18,024 bases of DNA, from positions 1 to 18,024 of the forward strand of contig CAZALK010000031.1 of assembly GCA_964486045.1 (NCBI GenBank). The letters are read 5' to 3'. The stretch is from an uncultured archaeon (GTDB taxonomy: Archaea > Asgardarchaeota > Lokiarchaeia > Sigyniarchaeales > SOKP01). The notes beneath the pieces were generated by a model. It saw nothing but the letters and a program-made list of their open reading frames with translations. It did no database searches and was not told where the DNA came from. The stretch's first letter is position 1. Each line of letters starts with the position of its first letter. Positions 8,530 to 16,000 of the stretch are shown here, piece by piece. The translations under genes and the position numbers were made by a program.

Positions 8530-9046
8530 TATGATCTCATTATATTTTTATAATATCATATTTTACATTTCAGTTTTTAAATATTTTTTCAGTTGTCAGA
8601 AGATGTTTTGTTATAAAATTGAACAAATAAAAATATTATATTCCTAACTTTTAAAATTGTAAGCATTAAGTAAAGATCACATCCTTTTATGATTCAGATC
8701 TATAAAATGAATCAATTGAAAAACAAGAATAAAATGCAAAAATCTTAATTTTACCAATAGGACTTTACATTCTTCCTCTCTTAAAATAAAAATTAAATTA
8801 TTTTCAGATCTTAAATTGGTGTAAAATCCTTAAAATATCAAAATTTACGCTTTCCATTTAAAAATTTATCTTTTCTGTTAATTTTTTATAGGAAAATTTG
8901 AATTAATTAATAAAGCTTTAAACCTTGATTCGAAAAGGAATCAAATCGTATAAGAATATATTCATCAGCCGAAAACATAGAGCAATTATCAGTTTCAATA
9001 ATGCTACACACTTAGTTAATTATTTAAAGACAAGTAGAAAAGAAAA

Positions 9047-10762
9047 ATGCCAAAAGATTTAGTAAGATTGAGGAATATCACAGCGATTAGCTACCTCACG
9101 GTCACCTTGAATATATTTTGTATTGGATTTGGCATTATTTTTATTATAAAACCGTTGTATTCAATATTATGGGACATCTTTGGTGTAGTTCTAGTTTTAT
9201 CCATATTCGAAAATCTTTTGTTTATTTATTTTACTCTCTATAAAAAAAATATTCTGAGAGTAAAAACACAATATATCAGCTATGGTTTTTTACTATTCAT
9301 AATTATTGCTATTCCTTTTATGATGTTAGGTAATTTACTCCTATCCGTAATATATTCAAATATGTTAATCGATACTATAGGTGCCTATTTATTATTATAT
9401 CTTGGTTATTTCGGGATATTTATTTTCGGGACTATATTTGCTTTATTTGAACTCAAACTCCTCTCGAACATTGATTTAACCCTCTTCAAATTTTCACTGT
9501 TTACTACAGATAGGATGAGTCATAACCGAACAAGAAATATTTCAAGAAAAATATTAGTTACATTTTCAAGAATTACATTTATATTTGGTATTGTATTTGC
9601 TGTTGTTATAATTTTTGGGTCATTTGAAGTAGTAACGACTTTTATAGCTATAATCTCCGGTCAATTTGGCACTTTCTTTTCCATTATATTTCTGGCAAAT
9701 ACATTTTTGCTTTTAAAGTTAAAGCGTCGTAAAAGAACCACAAAAAAATATTACAGGACAGCGCTTATTGGATTTTTCGTCTCTACTTGTTTGTTAATGC
9801 CATTATTTTTAACAAATACCACTATAAAAAATGCTGAAAATACTTTTTCGAATGCATTTGGTAGTAATTGGAGAGATCAAATCCCTTCTAGGACAAATAG
9901 CTATTTCTTACAAACACCTTTTTCTCTCACTAGTTATTTTTTAGGTTCTAGACCAAAGGCATCAAAAATCGAAACAAACACTCTTTTTTATAATGATGAA
10001 GGCATTAGACTTTATTTTGATGTTTATAAACCCTTAGATGGGGGAGAAGATCTTCCAGGAGAGAATTCAGTTATAATTCGTATTCATGGAGGGAGTTGGG
10101 TTTCAGGTGACAAAGGAATGACGAATATGATGCAAATGAATAAGTATTTCGCAGCTCAAGGGTATGTTGTATTTGATATACAGTATGGACTTGACCGAAA
10201 TCCTTTATTCGAGCTAGATCCCTTAACCCCAGATTATAAAAAGGGAAATTTTAATATAGATGATATGATACGTCATATTGGAGTATTTACACAATACCTT
10301 ACTTTACACGCAGAGGACTACGGAGTAAATTTAAATTCTGTATTTGTAAGTGGGGGTTCAGCCGGTGGGCACCTTGCAAGTGCTGTTGCTCTAGCTATTG
10401 CAAGCGGTAATTACACCGATATTTTTGGGACAGGTTTAACAATTAAAGGATTAATTCCATTCTACCCCGCAAATGGTCAAATGGTTTTCTTTGGGATTAG
10501 TGGAAGTAATGAATTCAAGAATCCTGAGAATTTAATAGACCAAAATAGCCCACCATGTTTAATTTTTCAAGGTACTCATGATATCCTTAATTATTTTAGC
10601 ATCTCCGAAAGAATTAGAGATATTTACCGCGCTAAGGGCAATAACGAAGTTGCTATTTTGTGGATGCCATTTGGTGGACACGCTTCCGATTTTTATTTCA
10701 ATGGGTATTATAATCAGATTTTCTTGTATTTTATGGAACGGTTCTTGTATATCTATCATTAA
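9047..10762 (+). CDS. Polytopic membrane protein with C-terminal HSL-family (GDxG-like) esterase/lipase domain
   Basis: About seven hydrophobic segments in the first ~255 aa, then IHGGSW, GYVVFDIQY, GGSAGGHLA, IFQGTHD and GGHA (Ser-Asp-His triad). Confidence 0.85.
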   Translation: MPKDLVRLRNITAISYLTVTLNIFCIGFGIIFIIKPLYSILWDIFGVVLVLSIFENLLFIYFTLYKKNILRVKTQYISYGFLLFIIIAIPFMMLGNLLLSVIYSNMLIDTIGAYLLLYLGYFGIFIFGTIFALFELKLLSNIDLTLFKFSLFTTDRMSHNRTRNISRKILVTFSRITFIFGIVFAVVIIFGSFEVVTTFIAIISGQFGTFFSIIFLANTFLLLKLKRRKRTTKKYYRTALIGFFVSTCLLMPLFLTNTTIKNAENTFSNAFGSNWRDQIPSRTNSYFLQTPFSLTSYFLGSRPKASKIETNTLFYNDEGIRLYFDVYKPLDGGEDLPGENSVIIRIHGGSWVSGDKGMTNMMQMNKYFAAQGYVVFDIQYGLDRNPLFELDPLTPDYKKGNFNIDDMIRHIGVFTQYLTLHAEDYGVNLNSVFVSGGSAGGHLASAVALAIASGNYTDIFGTGLTIKGLIPFYPANGQMVFFGISGSNEFKNPENLIDQNSPPCLIFQGTHDILNYFSISERIRDIYRAKGNNEVAILWMPFGGHASDFYFNGYYNQIFLYFMERFLYIYH

Positions 10763-10781
10763 ATTTTGTATTCTTTAGGAA

Positions 10782-10801
10782 TATGGGATATAAATCCCAT
10801 A
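10782..10801. other. Perfect 8-bp inverted repeat TATGGGAT-ATAA-ATCCCATA (terminator hairpin or operator)
   Basis: Seen directly, about 20 nt after the esterase stop codon and about 240 nt before tfb; function not established. Confidence 0.4.
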
Positions 10802-10895
10802 AAATTGTTTGTACGGCAACAAGTCACAACTCTGTATAAAAAAGTTTTTATATGGTGGACTAACTTACATTAACTTATAAGTGTTATATCAAAAA

Positions 10896-10920
10896 CAGAT
10901 CACATTTATAATTTAAAACT
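10896..10920 (+). promoter_or_regulatory. Candidate archaeal TATA box upstream of tfb
   Basis: TTTATAAT at 10905-10912. Other TATA-like words (near 10835 and 10874) exist in this AT-rich spacer, so the assignment is weak. Confidence 0.25.
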
Positions 10921-11042
10921 GATAAGTTTTTCTACATAAATGTTCACGATCATTTTGAGACACGAGTAGAGAAATTTGTAGCAAAAGGATCGATCACCGA
11001 TCACTACAATATCTTAATAAAAAACACATTAAGTGAACAAAA

Positions 11043-11972
11043 ATGAGCTATAAGGATCGCTTACGATCAACCAAAGCACCGGAAGAGGATGCCAGTAATA
11101 AAACTGAACCTCAATGTTGCAGTAATCCATGTATTGAGCCACGAGAAGGTGATGCTGTTTGTACAAGTTGCGGTATGATTCTTGGACGAAATTTAGTAGG
11201 AAATGAACGTCGCGCATATACTGTAGAAGAAGTCAATAAAAGACGTAGAACAGAACCGAGATGGAGGGAGTTTGGACCTCGTACTATGCTCCCGAATTCA
11301 AAGATTGACTCTAAAGGAAGATTGATAAACGCGCGCGGCAAAACGTTATTCTCTCGCCTATCCAAGATTCAGAATTCATTAATCTCAAGCATCGAAAGAA
11401 ATTTCTGGGAAGCCAAGCCCAAACTTAAAATGCTAACCAGCAAGATGAATATCCCAGAGTACATAAAAGAAACCGCTTGGAAAATCTACAGTGTCGTAGC
11501 CAAGAAAAAGCTAACGATGGGGAGGAGCATTGACGGTTTCATTGCAGCCTCTTTATACGCTGCAATCCGCGTACATGAGTTCCCCAGATTGCTTGAGGAA
11601 GTTTGTGAAGCCTCCATGACACCTCGAAGAACAGTTCACCGTTCTTTAGGTATGATTGTCAAAGAGGTTTTACCAGAGCTTAGCCTTAAGTACAAACCGA
11701 TTACCGCAGAGCAATTAGTATTTCGGTTCGGGAACGACCTAGGATTACCAATGGAAACTCAGAAAGTAGCAATAAACATGCTTGTAGAGGCTTCCAGAAA
11801 TGGATTATTACGTACTGGCAAAGACCCAAAAGGATTAGCAGCAAGCGTTATTTACATGGCAGCAAAAGCTGGAAACCACCGGAAAACTCAAGCTGAAGTA
11901 TCAGAAGTAGCCAAAGTCACTGAAGTCACACTTAGATCAAGATCTAAGCAAATAAGAAACAAACTTCGATGA
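11043..11972 (+). CDS. tfb: Transcription initiation factor IIB (archaeal TFB)
   Basis: N-terminal Zn ribbon (CCSNPC...VCTSCG), B-reader-like ERRAY...RRRTEP, and two cyclin repeats (GRSIDGFIAASLYAAIR...PRLLEEV; GKDPKGLAASVIYMAA...TQAEVSEVAKVTEVTLRSR). Confidence 0.96.
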   Translation: MSYKDRLRSTKAPEEDASNKTEPQCCSNPCIEPREGDAVCTSCGMILGRNLVGNERRAYTVEEVNKRRRTEPRWREFGPRTMLPNSKIDSKGRLINARGKTLFSRLSKIQNSLISSIERNFWEAKPKLKMLTSKMNIPEYIKETAWKIYSVVAKKKLTMGRSIDGFIAASLYAAIRVHEFPRLLEEVCEASMTPRRTVHRSLGMIVKEVLPELSLKYKPITAEQLVFRFGNDLGLPMETQKVAINMLVEASRNGLLRTGKDPKGLAASVIYMAAKAGNHRKTQAEVSEVAKVTEVTLRSRSKQIRNKLR

Positions 11973-12021
11973 TCCGGTCAATCTGAGAGATAATATCTCT
12001 GTTTTGAGTAAACATAACACC

Positions 12022-12049
12022 TTTTTTTTTCTTTATTCTTTTTCTATTT
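12022..12049 (+). terminator. Oligo-T tract, probable archaeal intrinsic terminator of tfb
   Basis: TTTTTTTTTCTTTATTCTTTTTCTATTT about 50 nt after the tfb stop, preceded by the palindrome AGAGATA-A-TATCTCT (11986-12000). Confidence 0.5.
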
Positions 12050-12124
12050 AGATGCCATTTTAACCTTAATCTTTATATTAAATTTTAACAAAGTATAGTT
12101 TAATACCAACAAAAGTGTTGAAAC

Positions 12125-13339
12125 TTGGATTTTTTCAGTATAGTAATCGCAATATTAAGCATCTTAATAGGGTATTTTCTAGGTGGGATCTTACCTGCCT
12201 TTATATTTGGCAAATTAAAAGGTATTGATATCCGAGAAGAAGGAACAAAAAATGCAGGAACATCAAATGCATTTAAAGTCTTAGGGCTTACATATGCTAT
12301 ACCTACGGCATTATATGATACCTTGAAAGGATTATTAGCTATGTTAATTGCTTTTTCATTAGGAGCTGATCATATCTTTATACAAATAAGTGGATTAGCA
12401 GCCATCATCGGCCACGTCTTCCCTTTTTATTTAGATTTTCGGGGAGGACAAGGAAATGCAACAGCAACCGGAATTCTCCTTTTTTATCTTGTGAATTATT
12501 TAACGGTTAGTATGAGTCAGTTTTGGCAATTTTTCTATGTGATTATACTTTTGATAGTTTTAGTAATTATCTTTTCGTATATATCTAAAGCCGGTAGTCT
12601 ACTGCCTATGGTTTTATTTCCCTTGCTGGGTTATTCTGTATTTAATATCTACCCTACAAGCGGTTTTAATCTCTTTTTTGTCATAATCCTTGTTCATATT
12701 GCTACTATAGGGATGTACAAGGTAATTACAGAGAAAAAATTAGTAATCACTGATGAAGAATTTTTATCGAGTTGGTGGAGAGTTGCCATACGCCCCGTTT
12801 CGTTGTTGTTTCTTATTTTTTATTTAATTGATCTTCAACTTGGTTTAATTGTTATAGGAATAGTAAGTCTATGTTTTATTGGTCTAGATATTTTCAGATT
12901 TCTTCATAAGGGTACGAATATATTATTAACTGAAAAAACTACAGCGATTTTCAGAAAAGGAGAAGAGAAAAAATTCTCAACGATGACAATATTTTTAATT
13001 TCGACATTTATCATAGTGCTTATTTTTGATTTAGAGATCGCAATAACGTCGTTAATTTTCCTAATATTTGGAGACATGTTTGGTAAAATATTCGGATTGG
13101 CTTATGGGCGACATAAGATATTTGAAAAAACTCTTGAAGGCACTCTCGCTTATTTTGGATCTGTTATTATTTTTGCGTATATTCTGTATACTGGGCTAGA
13201 TGTGCCCTTACTCATACTTATTTCTGGTGGGATTGCCGCTCCATTAATCGAGTTATTACCTATAGGAATAAACGATAATTTTACTGTCCCTATAATAAGT
13301 GGTGCAGTTATGACAGCAACAAAAATATTTTTTCTTTAA
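12125..13339 (+). CDS. plsY: Fusion of PlsY-like glycerol-3-phosphate acyltransferase (N-terminal) and CTP-dependent diacylglycerol/polyprenol kinase family domain (C-terminal)
   Basis: PlsY motifs GYFLGGI...IDIREEGTKNAGTSNAFKVLG, DTLKG and GHVFPFYLDFRGGQGNAT; kinase-family motifs GDMFGKIFG...GRHK...KTLEG and DNFTVP; highly hydrophobic; TTG start with an in-frame TGA just upstream. Confidence 0.85.
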   Translation: MDFFSIVIAILSILIGYFLGGILPAFIFGKLKGIDIREEGTKNAGTSNAFKVLGLTYAIPTALYDTLKGLLAMLIAFSLGADHIFIQISGLAAIIGHVFPFYLDFRGGQGNATATGILLFYLVNYLTVSMSQFWQFFYVIILLIVLVIIFSYISKAGSLLPMVLFPLLGYSVFNIYPTSGFNLFFVIILVHIATIGMYKVITEKKLVITDEEFLSSWWRVAIRPVSLLFLIFYLIDLQLGLIVIGIVSLCFIGLDIFRFLHKGTNILLTEKTTAIFRKGEEKKFSTMTIFLISTFIIVLIFDLEIAITSLIFLIFGDMFGKIFGLAYGRHKIFEKTLEGTLAYFGSVIIFAYILYTGLDVPLLILISGGIAAPLIELLPIGINDNFTVPIISGAVMTATKIFFL

Positions 13340-13458
13340 ATTGGGTCAAATATAGTAACTATTTTAATAATTTGAATTATACCATCTTATCTATTCTTAT
13401 CATTATTATACTTTAAAATAAAATTATATAGCTGGATTTTTATCTTTTATATAAGTGT

Positions 13459-14199
13459 ATGAGCTATATAGAAAAAAAATATTACTACAAAATTCAAGAG
13501 ACATTCGATAGTTTATTGATCTTAGAAAACTCTCTTTTAGTTCAATTAACCAAGAAATCAGTGAAAAACATCAATGAAGTAGCGAAGTTGTGTGCTAATT
13601 TTAATCACAGTATAAATCTTATTCTAAAAAGGTATTACCCTGAGATAAAAGGAATGAGTGATAAGCTAATTATAAAATCTACTTTAAAATTTTATTATGA
13701 TTTGATTCACAATTTAACAAATTTGGTGAGAAACATAGAAGACTTCCAGAAAATTGACCAAGAATACTATGATACGCTGATAGATTTTATTAAAGAGAAA
13801 AATAATTTAATTTCTGGTAAATATAAAAGAATATGCGCTCAGGAGTTAACTGTTTTTTATGATCCAAATTCAAGAAATAATCTAGAGAAAGTTCTTTCTG
13901 AAAAAATAGAAAGAAAAAGCAAACAATACTTCACATTTGGCTCTTTGGAGGAAGAAATTAAAAAAATTGCAGTATTATCAGGTGCAGGTTCGGTAATCAT
14001 CTTGGTTGCTGATCAGCTAAGCAAGGAAGTATTAGATTCTGCTCAATCGATTATCATGTTTGATATAAGTTCCCTTCAAGATTTTAAAGGATTAAATAAT
14101 ATTGGGTTGAAGATAAAAGAATATTTAGAATCCAAAAACTATCGGTGTATACTAAAGGGTGACCATATTATTACTGATGCTAAACTCCTTCCTGATTAG
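13459..14199 (+). CDS. Hypothetical soluble protein
   Basis: 246-aa ORF with genome-typical composition filling the gap between the plsY fusion and proS; no motif recognised. Confidence 0.7.
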   Translation: MSYIEKKYYYKIQETFDSLLILENSLLVQLTKKSVKNINEVAKLCANFNHSINLILKRYYPEIKGMSDKLIIKSTLKFYYDLIHNLTNLVRNIEDFQKIDQEYYDTLIDFIKEKNNLISGKYKRICAQELTVFYDPNSRNNLEKVLSEKIERKSKQYFTFGSLEEEIKKIAVLSGAGSVIILVADQLSKEVLDSAQSIIMFDISSLQDFKGLNNIGLKIKEYLESKNYRCILKGDHIITDAKLLPD

Positions 14200-14306
14200 T
14201 CATAACGTATAATACTTCTTTTTTTAACTTATTAATTTACTTAAAAATATGATTTTTTTCCTCATAAAATATTTATCTTTTAAAATATTATTTTTGATGA
14301 TCTCCT

Positions 14307-15782
14307 ATGGCAAAAAAGAAGAAGGAAGCTCCTATAATGGGAATGACGGTATCGAAGGAAGAAGATTTTTCTGCATGGTATACAGAACTGATAAATAAAG
14401 CAGAATTAGCAGATATAAGATATAATGTGAAAGGTTTCGTTGTCTATAGAGAATGGTCAACTATTACGATAAGGAGAATGTATAAAAAGTACGAAGATCT
14501 GTTAGAAAAAAAGGATCATCTCCCATTAACTATGCCCTCTTTGATTCCTGAAAGTAATTTTTTATTAGAAGCAAAACACGTAGAGGGATTCGCACCTGAA
14601 GTGTTTTGGGTTACGGAGGCCGGAAATTCTGGTCCTTTAAGCGAAAGATTAGCACTTCGACCAACTAGTGAAACAGCTCTATATCAGATGTATTCGTTAT
14701 GGATTCGTAGCTATAAGGATTTGCCCTTTAAACGTTATCTCTCTTGTCAAGTATGGCGTTACGAGGGTAAAGCAACAAGACCGTTCTTTAGGGGCAGAGA
14801 GTTTCATTGGATTGAATCACATAATGTTTTCGCTACTATGGAGGAAGCAATGAATCAGGTTAAAGAAGATATGGAAACCACATACCAGATGCTTCAAGAC
14901 GAGTGTTGCATTCCTATTATCTTTTTCCAAAGACCAGAATGGGATAAATTTGCAGGTGCGATTCACACATATGCTGCTGATGCATTAATGGGTTCTGGAA
15001 AAGTCCTTCAGTTACCTTCAACTCATCTCTTAGGTCAAAATTTTGCTAAGCCATTTAACGTAAAATTTATTGATAAAAATGGTGAAGAAAAATACGGATA
15101 TCAAACCTGTTATGGTCCTGCTCAGAGCAGAAATTATGGAGCTATGATCGCTTATTTGGGGGATAATAAAGGCTTGATTCTTCCATTTGATTTAGCCCCA
15201 ATACAGATAATTATAATTCCGATTATTTATAAAAGTAAAGAAAAAGAAGTTTTAAAGAAAGCAGATGAGATCTTTAACATTTTAAAAAGAAAATTCATTG
15301 TTAAAATTGACGATTCCGATGAATCTGTGGGTAATAAGTTCTATAATTGGGAATTGAAAGGTGTCCCTATTAGAATTGAAATTGGACCTAAAGACATTGA
15401 GAATGGACAAATTGTGATTGTTAAACGTCATGATGCTAAAAAATGCGTTATTAAAAATGCGGAATTAGAATCAAAAATAAATGAAATTGCTCAAAACTAT
15501 ACAAACGAAATAAAAAATAAATCATTAGTCGATTTTGAGTCTCAGGTTGAGTTAGTATATGAAAAGGATGCGGCTGTTGAAGCAATTAATAACGGTAAGA
15601 TAGTCTGTTGTGGTTTTTGTTCAATTGAAATGGAAGCATATAAATGTGCTGAAGTGGTTGAAAAAGAAATAAGAGGACTTGTTCGTGGGAAAAGAGTCGA
15701 TAAGGAAAAACACGAATTTGCAACTTGTATAATCTGTGGGAAACCTGCAGGATGTACTGTTTATATCGCTAAGAGTTATTAG
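14307..15782 (+). CDS. proS: Proline--tRNA ligase, archaeal/eukaryotic type
   Basis: FSAWY, HVEGFAPEV, LRPTSET, motif 2 WRYEGKATRPFFRGREFHW, HLLGQNFAKPF, anticodon domain WELKGVPIRIEIGPKD, Cys-rich C-terminus ending AKSY. Confidence 0.97.
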   Translation: MAKKKKEAPIMGMTVSKEEDFSAWYTELINKAELADIRYNVKGFVVYREWSTITIRRMYKKYEDLLEKKDHLPLTMPSLIPESNFLLEAKHVEGFAPEVFWVTEAGNSGPLSERLALRPTSETALYQMYSLWIRSYKDLPFKRYLSCQVWRYEGKATRPFFRGREFHWIESHNVFATMEEAMNQVKEDMETTYQMLQDECCIPIIFFQRPEWDKFAGAIHTYAADALMGSGKVLQLPSTHLLGQNFAKPFNVKFIDKNGEEKYGYQTCYGPAQSRNYGAMIAYLGDNKGLILPFDLAPIQIIIIPIIYKSKEKEVLKKADEIFNILKRKFIVKIDDSDESVGNKFYNWELKGVPIRIEIGPKDIENGQIVIVKRHDAKKCVIKNAELESKINEIAQNYTNEIKNKSLVDFESQVELVYEKDAAVEAINNGKIVCCGFCSIEMEAYKCAEVVEKEIRGLVRGKRVDKEKHEFATCIICGKPAGCTVYIAKSY

Positions 15783-16000
15783 AGTTTTTGAAATTATTTT
15801 TGTTAATAAAAATTAATATGTATTAATATTTTACCTTCCAAGCCCGTTTTAAATCCCAATCATTTCTTCATTTATCAAAAGCATATTCTTTGATTTTTTA
15901 AAAGTAATCGAGTATAAAGCGATATTTCTCGTGTTGTTTTTCCAATTTCTCTCTCAGAAGGTTCTTGAAGTTTAAACATATCTAATTTAGGAAAAAAATA

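Noticed and set aside
8530-9046. 517-bp divergent intergenic region as ncRNA or replication origin
   Set aside because: Very AT-rich with no stable stems, ORB-like G-strings or ordered repeats seen; consistent with divergent promoters.
10559-11365. Short ORFs 10559-10759, 10578-10778, 11029-11217 and 11111-11365
   Set aside because: They overlap the esterase or tfb in other frames or strands and have no independent support.
15823-15900. In-frame TGA as selenocysteine
   Set aside because: The same frame also contains TAA, has no start codon and no redox-motif context, and no SECIS-like hairpin was seen.
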